Part shown: positions 40,833 to 54,910 of the stretch, one piece after another | How positions within the stretch are numbered: the first letter of the stretch is position 1 | Layout of the letters: every line of letters begins with the position of its first letter | Source: Nageia nagi | Taxonomy: Eukaryota > Plantae > Pinophyta | Length of the DNA stretch: 64,000 nt | Direction: 5' to 3' | Assembly: GCA_050084985.1 (NCBI GenBank) | Contig: JBITNC010000001.1 | Span: 154,690,001 to 154,754,000, forward strand | The notes under the pieces: model-generated | The model's input: only the letters and a program-made list of their open reading frames with translations | What the model was told of the DNA's origin: nothing | The model's database searches: none | Program-made: the position numbers and the translations under genes

Positions 40833-41939
40833 AAGTTACCACCATGGAATTTAGAAGTTGGTTACATTTAAGACTATTTAAATTTATTAATTTGCTTTCT
40901 CTATTAAATATCAAGACTTTGAATGTTTTAAAAATGATGCTTTGAATTTAATTGCTAGTAATTTGCATTGAATGGTAAAAAAGTTAAAATTTTAATTTCA
41001 ACATTTTTAAAATTTTGCATGTTTGAATTTTAAAAAAGGTTTGGAATATTCCATGGCTATTATACAAATTGCATTTGAATGTTAAATGAGAGTTTTATAA
41101 TTTTCACTTTGATGTAATCAAAAGGTAGTATCCTTCAACTGGATGATAGAATCCTATAGCTAGATGCCAATATCTTGCAACCAAATGGTAGCATCTTGCT
41201 ACTAGATGGTAGCATCCTACAACTAGATGGTGACATCTTGAAACTACATGCTTGGTTCATTGTTACACAATTCAAACTATACAATTGATTACTAATTTAA
41301 TCTTGTAATTAATAGTATTTTTGTGTCAATCTTATACAATTTTTTAATTTGAAGAATTTCTGTGTATTAAAAGGCAAATAACATAAATAATTGCCCAACA
41401 TTTCCATCCTCAAATATGTTAATTATATTTTTTTAAAGAACATTATCTATTTGAATATATATAAGGATCATTTTAGCCATAAATATTAGCTAATAAGCAA
41501 ATTTTTGGAATTGTAAAATTGAAAAAAGGTGAATTTTTATATTTAGAACAATACCCAATTCACCAAAATGTTTATTAATTTTTTTTGGGGCCTGATTTGT
41601 CAAGTCAAAAATAAATTTTAAATTAAATTTTTATTAATTCACTAATATTTTGAAATAATAACTAGCTAACTTCACCTTGAAATTACAAATTATTATTTTT
41701 ATTTTATTAAATTGCCCCATATATATACCTTAATTAAAAAAATAAATTTGATATATCCATTTTTATTTTCTTCTAGATGAATCTGCTTTGTGCAAGCATG
41801 TTAACAAAGCCTACAAAATCTAAAGAGTTACAAAACTATGATAATTGGTATGATCATATTTTGAATTTTATTATGTTTCATCATTTGAATTTCATATCTA
41901 CCTCCAAATGATAGTAGATGTATCTAAACAATCCATGGT

Positions 41940-42310
41940 GCTTCCGAATGATGGCATATGCTTCCACATAGTGGCATGTGCTTTCATATGGTAGCAAGCT
42001 ACCAAATGATTGCAAGTTATTACCAAACAATAGCAAGTTACTACCATATGGTTGCAGGGTGCTACCAGAGGGTTACAAGTTGCTACTAGATGATTGTAGG
42101 TTGCTACCTTTTGATAGCAATATGCTACCTTAGGTTATCATTCAGTAGTAACCTACAACCATTTAGTAGCATCCTGTAATCATTTGGTAGAAAGTTGTAG
42201 TAACTATCTAGTAAAGGTTGCTATCATGTGATCGCATTTGGTTCTAAACTACACCAAGTGGTAGTAGAAAATGCAACCATGCAGTAGCAACCTTTACCAG
42301 ATAGTAGCTG
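41940..42310. repeat. ~21-bp palindromic motif array (GGTAGCAAGTTGCTACC core)
   Basis: Related arrays at 47500-47660, 49310-49530, 28815-28930, 41110-41240, 52455-52580 and 55800-56109. A GGTTGCACTTGCAACC variant occurs at 25420-25570, 29545-29770 and 37670-37930. Confidence 0.8.
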
Positions 42311-42387
42311 ATTATTCAACATGTTTATATTTTTATCTATTTTCTATTGTATTAAATTTTTTAATTTAACTATTAATTACAAATTCT

Positions 42388-45165
42388 ATGCAATCTAAGA
42401 ATACTAGTAAAGCGATATGAAAAAAAGATATATTATCTTATTTTGCTAATGAACATTCACAAAATGAAGGAACTCATCAAGCATCTTCAATTGATATAGG
42501 TACTTTTCTTAGTTATTATTTTTAATGTAAGACTTCAAATTCTAAATTTATTAATTTCAATATATGGAAATACATTGTGATTATAATGATATACCACCTA
42601 ATAATAATTATGTCCAACTAATTTTGGTCTAATTAATAATAATGATAATTTTTAATTTCAATATGCAAAAAACCCTAATAATGATGTACCACTTGATTTT
42701 GCTCCAATTGATGTACAACCACTTTTAGTTGAGTACCCTACATATGGACCACCTTTACATTATGATAATCCTCCTAACCTATCTACAAATAAAAGTTCAC
42801 AAAAATGTATGGATAAATCTATAGACAAATCTATAAATAGATCTACGAAAAATGATAATGAAAATTAGAAAAGAAAATGTAGTGCAAAATGAATAATTGG
42901 AAGAGTATTTTAGGTCAATTGGGAAGCAAAATATATGTTCATTGAACCAATTGATCCTTGTAATGGAAATGATCCAACAAAGTGCAAATGTAAGATATGT
43001 TTTTGGGAACAAAAAAAGAACATCAAATGCAACTAAAAATAGATACAATACAAAAACTTTGTGGTAACTTATATTAAAACAAAATAGATAAGAATGGATA
43101 GACAATTAAGTGTTACAGGGATAAAATTGAAGATGAGTGTAATCACTTATGATATAAAGTAGAATATGAAAGGTACATGAAAGAAAAATGAGATCTATAA
43201 GAAAACAATGGAACACTAGAAACGCATTTTGGAAAAATTACTGATACAAAAAGGTAAGCAAAATTTACTCAATTTTGTACTATATTTCATATTCTTAAAT
43301 AGGGTAGGCCTATTGTAGATTTTATAAATTTTAAAATTTTATATCAAAGAGTTGAATTATAGAATGTACCGTAAAAATATTGGTCAAATACAAGTGCTTG
43401 GGAAATGGTAAAATGTTTGTCAATGGTTGAGATTGAAATTTTAAAAGACAAAGTTAAAAAATCATAACTTATTTCACTATCACTTGATGAAGTTACAATA
43501 GTGGATAATACTTCATGGGTTTGTGTGCATGTATACACTTTTCAAAATAATTGTAGGACATCACATCCATTGAATGTTCATAAGTTTGATGAAAATTGTA
43601 ATGTACAAAATCTTTACAAGTTAGTTATTTCTAACTTAAAAATATTTTGTTGGAATGGATGATTATGAAATTGCTACCAAATTGATATGTGTTGGAGCAG
43701 ATGGTGTATCAGTAATGCAAGGTAATAGAAATGGTATTTATGTTAGATTATAGAATTTAGTAGGTCCTTATATGATTCTCATTCATTATATGGTACATAG
43801 AATGAACCTTGCATATAGAATTGTTAGCACTTTTATAAGCGTATCAAAAGTGGAAGAGCTTATTCATGATTTGCATGCATATATCATAAGAAGCCCAAAA
43901 AGATATAAAGAGGTCAAAAATATCTCTATTGGAATAACTAATGGAAATAAACTTTTAAAAGATAATGATACAATATGGATTTCATTGTATGAACCAACAA
44001 AAAAGATTTTTTTATTGAATATCCATCTTTTACTAGTTATATGTATGAACACCATAATGCAATTGATAAAGCAAAAGATTTACTATTCCATTTAACAACT
44101 TTTTAAATATTAATAACTTTATGCAAAATTCTTCCAATGTTAGATGAAATCAATACTTTAGTGAAACATGCTCAAGAAAGATGTATATACATATCTAATT
44201 TCATGTCTTTGAGGAAATAGGTATCTTTATCTTTGGATATGCTTTATACATGTGTAGACAATTTTAAAGATCCTTTATTTCAAAGATGGGAAATTTTGAC
44301 AAATGTTAAACTTCCAAATATTTTTTTGAAATTTAACATCAATAATCATCTTTTTATAGAGGTGAAAGAAAAGTTGATACCATTACATGTTCAAAATATG
44401 AGAAGGGATTTGGTTGGAGTAGAATATGAAGATGAACTTATAAATCATCTTCTTTTTAATAATTATTTTTTTGAAACACATGTTAATTTAAAATATATTT
44501 ATACAAATTTAACTAATGAAATCTATGAACAATTTCAAAGAGATGATTTACTTAAATCTATGATAATTGTGAATCCAAAATTTTGGAATACAGATAATGG
44601 TGAATAGTTAATTCATGATTTGTTTCATAAATAAATGGTAATTCTTGGAACACATTTTCATAAAAAAGTAGAAATAAATGCACAAAATATTAATGGTATT
44701 TTGAGTAAAGAATTGTTGATAACACAATCCAACCATTTTGGACTTGCTATGATTAAACAATACTCTCTATTATCAGAACCAATAGAAAATGGTGCCATTA
44801 AATGTCTTTGGGTGAAACTTTATCCAAGTTCTTATCTTCAAGGTAATATTAGTGAGTATTTTAAATTATATGAATTGTGTCAAACAATGATTATGGATTC
44901 CATTGAAGATGAAAAGGTATTCAACACTTTATCTTTTATTAAATCCAAGCTACAAAATAAATTGGACAAAAACTTGGATACATGTAATAGATTATATGTT
45001 TCCTCTTATGATATGGATTCTTTTCCAATAGAAAGGGAATGGATCTTTTATTTTCTTCTACACAAAGGAGAGGTGTAAACAATTGTGAAGAGAATGCTCC
45101 AATAGAAAAGTACACACCAACAACAAAACAAATCATAATAAAACAAGTTGTCGAAGGGTTTTAAT
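42388..45165 (+). pseudogene. hAT transposase, ZNF862/Tip100-like, degenerate
   Basis: MQSKNTSKAI*KKDILSYF; ISLSLDEVTIVDNTSW; CVGADGVSVMQG; IHYMVHRMNLA; RSPKR; NDTIWIS; dimerisation-like ELCQTMIMDSIEDEKVFNTLSFIKSKLQNKL. Probable intron from ~42500. Confidence 0.9.
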
Positions 45166-45409
45166 TTGAAATACCTAAATAAAACATTTCGAATACTTGT
45201 AATTTTGGATCTTAGATTCTAAAATTTGCTTTACTAATCAAATTCATTTCATGTTATTGTTGACTAATATTTTTAATTAGTATATTTCTTTTTTCTATGT
45301 ATGTTATTGTTTACTTATGAATTCAATTAGTATATTTGTATTTTTTGTCTAAAATATTTCTAACTTGTTATTATTTCCAAATCAACATAGATGTGAATAA
45401 CTATATAAA

Positions 45410-45990
45410 TTTTAACAAATATAACATTCAACCATAACATTTCAAAGAATAAAATATAACATAACCATAATATTTTAAATATAAAGTAAACATAACATTT
45501 CAAATAAACATAACCATAACATTAAAAAAAAAACCTAAAATATTTCAAATAAGCATAACCATAACATTCAACTAGAAAATTCAATTACAATATAAATTTT
45601 AAATATAAGATAACCATCACATAAATTTCAAAGATAATCAAACATAACCATAAAAACTATCAATGTAATCTAAACCAAACTAGTCTTAACAATAACATAA
45701 CCATATAACATTTCAAATAAGTATAACCAACATTCAACTATGAAATTGAATAACAACATAAATTTGAAATATAAGATAACCATATCAATAATTTCAAAGA
45801 TAGTATAACCATCAAAGTATTTTAAATCAAACATAACATAAAATAACCATAAAAGTATTCTAAATCAAACATAACCATAAAAATTATCAATGTAGTCTCA
45901 ACCAAAGTAGTCTTAATAATAACCATAGAAACCATCAAAATAGTACAATAGAAACCATCAAAGTAGTCCAATACAAACCATAAAAGTACT
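45410..45990. repeat. Degenerate (ACATAACCATA)-type simple repeats between the convergent genes
   Basis: Many ATAACCATAA / AACATTTCAAA copies. Confidence 0.75.
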
Positions 45991-46037
45991 AAAGAGTGTC
46001 AAATTATACTAATATCCCTCCCTTATTCTCTTCCTCC

Positions 46038-49023
46038 CTAAGCCTCTGGCTCATCCGATGAAAGATCAATAATATCAGTAGCTTTAGTAAGATTGCATAA
46101 TATATTCTTATCTAAGGTAGATACATTGTTTGATGAAAGCAAACTTGGATCCATAGCAATTTTCTCTTTCCATAAGATATATAGATTGAGTTGATGCTCA
46201 TTAATTATTATTATATAAGAATTATTCACTTTCTTCAAGTAGGCCATTTCATCCTTCATTTGAATGGCTATTGTGATACTTTTTTTTACAGTTTTCAAAT
46301 GAATTTTAAACATTTGAATATATTTTAACATTTTATCATACCTAGCCTACAATCAAATAACAATATAAAAATCATAAACATGAATATAAATATATTTTCA
46401 AAACATAAACATAAAATATGTAAACATTGAAATTAAAAAAGTTAATTGTTACCTTATCTTGTTCCTTTTGCACCTTCGTAATCTTTACCAAATTTTAATC
46501 TCTAGACCAAAGATCATAGTAAACTTGGGCCTCTACATTTAAATTTTCTAAATGGTTACACATAATACCCATTATCTTATCATTGTATTTGCATTGAACA
46601 TTGATTGAACTCACTTGTGCTTGATTATTCAAACTTTCTATTTGAATAGGTTCATTCTTAATTAATTTGTACAAAGAATCACATTGAAAATGATTATGAT
46701 AATGAGTATTAATTTACTTTATCAATGATTTTTCACATACTTCCCATGCATTTAAATTATTGATGTTATCCAAGAAAACATGATTTATCTATGCCATGTA
46801 TCATCTAAAATAAGTGCATTCAATGGAAAGTAGGTGACTTGATCATATATTTTACCAACAGTGTCCTACATGTTTTATGAAGGTGATGTAGTACTTGTAT
46901 ATTATAGATGAGAATCTTGAACTTGAATCTAAATGATATCATGGGTGCTCAATTGTGAATTTGAACAAATATCCATCCCTAAAAAAATCCACATCTAAAG
47001 GGATGTTTTGTAAACCTAAAATACCAACATAATGTATATCATCCAATTGTAGATTAGGAAAAGAAAACATTCTTGATAAGTTCACCATTTGGTGGCTCAT
47101 GGAAGGAGCATCCTATTGTAAATTTAGGCATTTTTCTACTCTTCTTATGGATAATGGATGTGCAATAGGAGGAGAAGGAAGAGGCATGGGTGACAGTGAC
47201 TTTCATTTTGGAGAACTAGATCTATCACTTGTATCAATTTTTTTTTTATTATGAAATATGAATTCATTTCTATTGGATAACAAGTTTAAATAAAACAAAA
47301 TCCAAAACTAGATACCTAAAGGAGGTGTAGTGTATGTAGTTTGAAATTGTTGATTATATGAATCTAACATATCTTGATCTCAACTATGATGATTGGAATA
47401 GAAATTGAATGAAAATTTTAAAAGATTTAGCATATATTTATAGACTAAAAGTCAATGTTAGAAATATATAAATGAGGCATTAAATTTCTTATCCATACAC
47501 TAGCAAAATGCTACCATATGAAAGCAAGATGCAATCAGATGGTTGCAAGATGCTATCTTACAATCGTGTAGTAGTATGTTGCTACTAGAATGCTACTATA
47601 CGATAGTAGAATGATACTATATCATTCCATCCTTCTACCATATGGTTGCATCCTCCTACAATACTTAGCAGAGTTGAACAAAAAAGATTAAAATAACAAA
47701 GTTACTATATTACCTCCTTATGTTTGTTTTTTTAGCAAAAGGAATTTCTTCTACAACCTCAAATTTGAAGGCATATCAAGAAAGGTTGTTCTATTAATAA
47801 CAACATTTCCTTCTCCTACAACTATAATAATATGTTAAAAATTTAAGATAATATATATAATTTAATTAAAAAATATCAATTAAAATGTAAAATACCTATA
47901 TTCATTAATCATTCACCAACAATAGGAGGTGATACATTCCTTGTCCTCCTTATAGAGGATCATCTGAATAATAATGGACTTGAAGTGTCAATAGACTCAT
48001 TGTCACCATTGGCTTCTAGATGAGCTCCTCTTAGTGATGCTTCCCTTTTCTTTGATGTTTGTTTAGAAAGATGTTGAAATAATATAATTTGGTTAATATT
48101 ATTAAAATTTTAAACATTCAAACATGTCAAGTTAAAATAAAAAATAAATTTGATTTTTAAATACCTAAATTTCCTCAATTGATAAAGTTAGAGCTATCAT
48201 TTGTGAATCTAATGCCATTAAAGTTGACATTGTATTTATAACATTATAAAAATTTCATAATAAAGAGTGAAAATGTAATTTGTACATAATATAAAACTAC
48301 TATCATTATGAATGGAAAAAGACATATCATATTTTATTCTATCTGAAATATATAAACACCAGTCAAATTTTTAACCACTAAATGAATGAAGGATGTAAAC
48401 TATAGACCATAATGGAATGTTGAATGTTCTACCTTGAAAAATAATTCTTGAAAGAAAAAATTAATAGATTGCTTTGAAGTAGTCACGAGGGAAGTTTTTA
48501 TAAACTATCCCTCTTTTGCTTCGATATTCTACACAAAATGATGAAAGTGATTAATCAATTAACTTTTAGTTATACATAAATAGAAAAAATTAATTAAAAT
48601 GAAATTTGAAAAACAACTTACCAATGTTGTTAATTTGAATGTGGTAAGTTTCCTCTAAATAAGTTTTAACTTCTCAAGATAATAGAGCTATAGAGGAAAC
48701 TTGGCATACATCATCACCATGATGTGGTAAACTAGACAAATGACTAATGTCTATAGCTGAAACTCCAAAGGAAAAGCTTCTTGATTCTGTAACCACATAA
48801 AACCTTGATTGCTTGATATCATAAATGGATATAAGATAGTCTAGTAAATTTTAATCTATTTCAAATTGGGGCATAAAAATGAGCCCTCTAAACCTTGTTT
48901 GGTCCACCCATTCTAAGTAACATTATGGGATAAAGTAAGATAAAATACTAGAAGATAAAATACTAGGACATGATATATTCCTATAGGAAAATTGATGGTT
49001 AGTGGATGATGAAGGGTGGACAT
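46038..49023 (-). pseudogene. Spliced accessory gene of the inner hAT, convergent with the transposase
   Basis: YLEWVDQTRFRGLIFMPQFE..LLDYLISIYD; KFDWCLYISDRI; last exon ..INEHQLNLYILWKEKIAMDPSL..DLSSDEPEA*. Minus-strand donors at 48621, 48164, ~47895, ~47714, ~47315 and ~46452; acceptors at 48529 and ~46348. Confidence 0.75.
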
Positions 49024-49723
49024 GGTTCTAAAAAAGTAAAAATTAATGTTGAGGTAAAATATTATAGGAAAAAGCAACAAAAATGACATCTTTTATAAGT
49101 CATAACTATCTAAAACTACCACTAAAGTATTACTTAATGAAAAACAAGAGCACATGGAACCTTGATTTGGCATGAAAAGAGAGCTCTATATAGGTGGGGA
49201 AAATGATAGAATGAATAAAATAAGTCATCTAATACACATATATAGTTAATTCATACATGGTACCATGATTTTAGGGTTGACATGTGGGACATTTTGCAAC
49301 ATTGTATGGGCTTGCTACCAATGGGATCTTTCTACAGTTGTAGACTCCAATCATGTGACAAGAAGCTACTACCATGTGGTAGTAGCTTACTATCGTGTGA
49401 TATCAAACAAGCTGCTATCATGTGGTAGCAAATTGCTACCATGTGATACTATACTACTATCATGTATTAGCAAGCTAGCTACTATTTTGCAATAGAAAGA
49501 TACTACCATGTGGTAGCACAAACTTATCTACTATAGCTTGAAGGCATGTTGTTACCCCTTTCATCTTATTCATCAAAAAAATCTATATTTTTTTCAGTAA
49601 GTTCAAATTCATCTTCATGTTTTTGAATTTTTTTTTAAATCCCCTTTATTATGAATCTAATTTGCCTTTAATTTTCCATGTTAGTTTTTATAAAAGGATC
49701 TTAAAATGATCCCTAAATATATG

Positions 49724-52330
49724 TCACCTTACCCTCGATGTTACCTAAACCTCTTTTTCTTGCTAAAGACCTCCTTGTGGCCATAACCTCATCAATTAGA
49801 AAATTATTCATAGAATAATGTGAAACATACAATCATAAATAAGCATCCAAGTTCTTTTACAACTTATGACATTGTTTTGATTTAATAAAAGAAAGAGCAT
49901 TGAAGACTCTTTCATCTTTTACTAAACTAAGTATGATTGTCTGATATAATTCATACAATCAAAAGTATTCACTAATATTATCTTGTAACATGGTATTTGG
50001 GTGTATTCCATAAATGATTAATAGTGCCTATTTTCAATGGCTATAGTAAAAATGGATATTGATCACCTGTTGTAATTGTGAAATGAGTAGACTATTTCAC
50101 TAGAAAATCCTTTTAGAGAATGCCATCTAGTTTAGTTCTGTTAATGTCAATAGTTTGGTAAAAATATTTGATCAAAATTTTCATGTATTTATGAAATAAA
50201 TAAGCTATTTATCTTTTATCATTGATTGGATTCCAAAAATGTGAGTTTACAATAGCCATTGCCTCAATTAGATCATCTCTTAGGTACTAATCTTGAATTT
50301 TTGATGATAATTTTTGAGCAACTTTTATTGGTTTAATCATTGTATCTAATATTAGTCGATCAAAAACTATTCTACTATAGAAACTTTCTCATTCTCATAT
50401 ATAACTAAATCAAGTATGAAATCATAAACATACAAAGGTATATCAACAATATCTACATGGATACAAAGATGGTCATATATGATGAATTTTAAGTAATTTT
50501 TAGGATTCTTAATATTTTTTAATATTCACCATTTTGCAAAATGAGTTTCATTAAATCTATCCTCTAAAACATAAAACATATATAAGGATTGACATAATTT
50601 TTTTCTCAAATATATAAAATCAAATACATATATTGATCTTTGTTGTGCATTTTTCACTAGTAAATAAATCTCTTATAATATTGATATTAGTCCATAAAAA
50701 CTCAACAAAGTTTCTAAATCTATTAAATGTTCTAGTAGATCTTTTGCTTTGTTAACTTGTAGTCTTTTTTTAAACATAAAACCAGTGAAACCCATCTATT
50801 TTCAACATATGTTAAGAATTTTTTTTCATTTGCTATGCATTCAGTAAAGTCTTGAAATTCTTTGTACATCATTTAGGACTATTTGATATATAAGTATACA
50901 ACTCTTGAATAAGATCTTCAACATTTGCAATGTGATCATCAGTGCTAAGAATTTTATTTGCTAGATTCATTATGTGATACATACAATGTATAGTAATCAT
51001 ATAAGGAGTAGTTATTATTTTTATTCTAACACAAAGATATTTTTGACTTCCTAGCATTATGGTTGCACCATCAGTGCCTACACATATTAGCTTTGATGCA
51101 ATCAAAAAATCATTCATTTCTATAATATTTTTTAAATTAGAAATGATTAATTTGTATAAGTTTTTTGTATTACAATTTTCTTTTATTTTATATATAGAAA
51201 GCAAATATCTTTATCTTGTATGACTATGAAATGTGTAAACATGCATACAAACCCATGATGTGTTATCTACTTTTGTAACCTCATCAATAGAAATTGAAAT
51301 AAATTTTACTTTTTAACATTTTGTTTTAAATCTTCCTTCTTAATTATTTCTAAATAATTTGCAATTTCACAAGTGCTTGATTATGGAATATTTTTAACAT
51401 CAATTTACCAATATAGAATTATATAGTATGAATAATTTACCATCAGTTTTCCATTTTTCAATATATGTAGCATAGGCAAAAATTTCACTCTTTTGGCTAT
51501 CCACTGAGTGTCCATTAATTTTTCAATTTGGGTAGAAAAAGTTTCATGTTTGTCATGAATTCATTCTTGTTCTTTGGAAAAACTATTATACTCAATTTTA
51601 TACTATAAATGATTACACTCCTTAATTTTTATCCTCATTTTCTTCACACCATTTCCATCTTTATCTTTTTTGTGTAGTAAACTTTTTTGTAATGTTTATC
51701 AATGGTGTCTATCTTTAATTGCATTTGGTGCTCACTTTAAAGTTTCCAAGTACATATTTTGCACCTACATTCAATTGGATCACTACCATACTCTTTCATT
51801 TTGGGTTCAATGAAAGGATATTTTGCATCCCAATCAATGTGAAAACTTCTTCCTAATGTCCATATACTTATTTTTTGATGTTTTGTTTCTCAACTATACT
51901 CTTCATTGAGATCAATAACTTTAAAATTATGTAAAGTATCAGTTATTATTAGTGCTGAATTTTATGATGTATAGACCTTTGGACCTGAAGCATCAAGTTA
52001 ATCATTGGAATCTATAATTTCTTCCTCACCATGAACATACTCTCATGGTGGAATTTTCAAAGCATCATCAATGCCATCTTCTTTATATGCCACATTATGT
52101 TTTATAAGGATGGAAAATATTTGGGGATTTTATAATTTGCAAGTGGAACAAAAATACAATTAATGAATAAAAATGGAAATACTAAATACAAAACATTCAC
52201 TGTTCAACCTAAACATAGGATGGTGTATCTACAATTTTCATATCCGATGATAATTGAAGATTGTTTTATTTCATTTAGATGAAATATGATAATATATTTT
52301 TATTTGATTTTTTGTAAATATGATTTTTAA
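49724..52330 (-). pseudogene. hAT transposase of the outer element, degenerate; its C-terminus is split by the inner hAT
   Basis: ORF 50869..51204: LICVGTDGATIMLG..PYMITIHCMYHIMNLA..NSPK. Also ISISIDEVTKVDNTSWVCMHV (~51250-51300) and a dimerisation region at 49730-49960. Confidence 0.9.
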
Positions 52331-53290
52331 ATTTATTTTATTCTATTAAAGTTATTAAGAATTTAATTTTTTTATGCACCTTCAAAATGATAATCTTACA
52401 TTAAATCATAATAGTTTCATCAAAGTTCAAATTTAATAGATTCCAGAGGTTGAAACATGCAACTGTTCAGTTGCATGATGCAATCAAATGATTATAGTAT
52501 GTAAAAAAATGGTTGTAATATGCCTTAAAATGGTTGTAATATGAAACCAAAAGATTACAATATGCCACCAAATGCATCCAACGGTTTATATATAACCAAT
52601 ATCAAAATGATAAAAGTTATTGAGTGTATCACTATCACATCGATGTTTGGTGATTTCATTTTAGGTTACATATAAGGGTATAAATATTTGATAATTATTT
52701 CTATAATTTTAGTCATCCTATCAATGAATTAATATTATAATCTATTCACAGCATATAATTATTTAGCATTACAACCTCAATAATTTTAAAAATTTGTAAT
52801 TTTTGGGTGACTAAGTGGCAGCTTGTAGTTTAAGAATTCATTAAAAATATGTTTTGATAATTTTAGGATTCACTTATAAGAGAATATTCATGGTTAAATT
52901 TTTCAATAATTTTTAATTTACAAATTTGTCATGAACTATGTTTGAATTTATGGCTTCTCTAGTCCATATTTTACTTGGTGGGAAAATAGGTGAATAGTAA
53001 AAACCATAAATGGACCTCAATAGCTTCCTTCATAGTAGTAACATGTGATTAGTTAGGAGGGAATAATGACTTGAGTAATTAATAGGGGATATTAGGTTAG
53101 TTAATCTTGCTATTTCTTCCATCTTCGACTAAGTCCTTTTTTATCTTTCTTTTAGAAGCTCTCTTGGAAATTCAATCTCAAATAAAATAATATATTACCA
53201 ATTTGTGTAATAATATATTGAGGGTTTTATTTTGGAAAAAATATAAATATATGTATTTTGATCAAGCTTCAACCTGAAATCATCACTTCC

Positions 53291-53405
53291 TTCATTTTGT
53301 GAATCTTAACTTAAAAGAGATCCTCTTAACATTATAATCATTTTGTGAACCTTAACTTGAAAGAAACCCTCTTCACATTAAACCTTAACTTGAAAGAAAC
53401 CTTAA
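53291..53405. repeat. Short ~46-bp tandem duplication plus a partial third copy
   Basis: TCATTTTGTGAAYCTTAACTTRAAAGA..CCTCTT.ACATTA repeated. Confidence 0.8.
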
Positions 53406-54199
53406 ATTATAAATTGTTTATCTTCTTGCTCATGTGATTTACTTAAGGAAGCTTGAACATAATTTTCAAGATTCCCATGAAATATAAAAGGGTTACATGG
53501 AGTATTTTCTTATTTTGTGAAAAATAATTATTTTTATGGGAATAACAATTATTTTCTTATTTTTGATAACAATTGTTTTTATATTGGAGCCTAAATATGA
53601 TCCATATTATGTTCTTTCTAATATCAATGTTGAAGTGGGTATTTGGGATAATTTCCTATGAGATTTAATTAGTGAAGAAACAACTTATATATTTGTTATA
53701 TACTACATAATTAACTTGTAATATTTATGGATTAACATACAGCTAAATACATAAACCATCCATATGATGTCTCCATTTATGATACATCTTATTGTTTGTT
53801 GTTAATAGACAAATCTGCTTATAAAAAAAGAAATATACTTATTCTCAAATAAACATGTTATACCCTAAAAGGATTCTACATAAAATATGAAATAAATATT
53901 ATTATAAATTAAATATAATGGTTTTGAATGCCCTAATAAATATGAACATAAAATATAAAAGAATATACAAGGCCTAATAATTTCAAGATATGTGCATATC
54001 TTAGGGTCCATAATGATTGTAGGATATGCATAAAATTGATCTTCAAAAAAAGGACCTAGGATATGTATGTAAAATTTAGAAGAATACATAAGTCATGATA
54101 ATTATTTGAGAGCATGTATGATGTAAATTCATATTTTTATGGTCTATAATAATTGTAGGATGTGTAAAATAGGTTTTCTTAAAAATACACTAGATACTT

Positions 54200-54910
54200 T
54201 TATGCCAAATGTAATTGTTAGTTGTTAAACCTTATTTTTAAAAAAAATGGAACAATATAAGGAACAATAATTATTTGATAAGATTGTATGTAAATGTTTG
54301 AAAGAATACCTACCAAATAATCTTCTTACCACACCTAGTCCTAAAATATTTGAAAAGGAATGTGTGTTTCTAATTTGGCCCTTCACTAAGGAATTTTTCA
54401 AATCCTTTTCAATTATGTATCTCAATTGGGTCTAATTATGGTCCCTTCCCATTTACCCTTAACATGAACTTGTTGGTTATGTGTTCCTCATAGAACCTTC
54501 TCTATGTCATCACTCCTCTTCCCCTCACTCTATATCCTTACCCCATCCCTTCCCTCCTCCTTAATCCCACCCTCTCTACCACATATTTATACTTTAAAAA
54601 ATTAAATAGGAACACTATCCCCCCCTAGAAGCATTGAACCTCTTTATTAGGTGAATTATTCTCTTTGATTTTGAATCATATGACTATGTTATGGTTATAT
54701 AAATATAATCCATAATTCCTTACCTATTCCCCCTTATTGTAATCCTTCTTACTCCCTCATCTCTCTCTTTCTTTCCCCTCCCAATCCCTAACCTATTGAA
54801 GGTAAACTCTTATATACTTTGTTGTTTATTCTCCCTCCTCTTTATATATTTCAAAGTGGGAATATGTACAAATTGATTGTAAATAGCTTTGTAAGAATAT
54901 ATTTTTAAAA
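54200..54910 (+). mobile_element. Possible LINE 3'-end fragment with a CT-rich 3' UTR
   Basis: Weak RNN..F-like remnant, pyrimidine-rich tract at 54440-54840 and an A-rich end. Low certainty. Confidence 0.25.

Larger units (their letters stand above)
41462..49715 (+). mobile_element. Complete two-gene hAT transposon (8254 bp)
   Basis: TIRs TAAGGATCATTTTA and TAAAATGATCCCTA (13/14 match). 8-bp TSD AATATATA (41454-41461) / AATATATG (49716-49723). Units A and B show the empty site. Confidence 0.92.
25237..52961 (-). mobile_element. Outer two-gene hAT complex with a triplicated accessory-gene arm
   Basis: Left end TAGAGAAAATTT at 25237 (TAGGGAAAAGTTT in the second copy). The right end reads TAGAGAAGCCATAAATT on the minus strand, resembling the inner hAT terminus. 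Transposase on the minus strand. No TSD found and the two flanks do not join, so the right end is tentative. Confidence 0.65.

Noticed and set aside
46500-47300. Ulp1 protease domain in the accessory gene
   Set aside because: No HW or QxxxxDCG catalytic motifs were visible.
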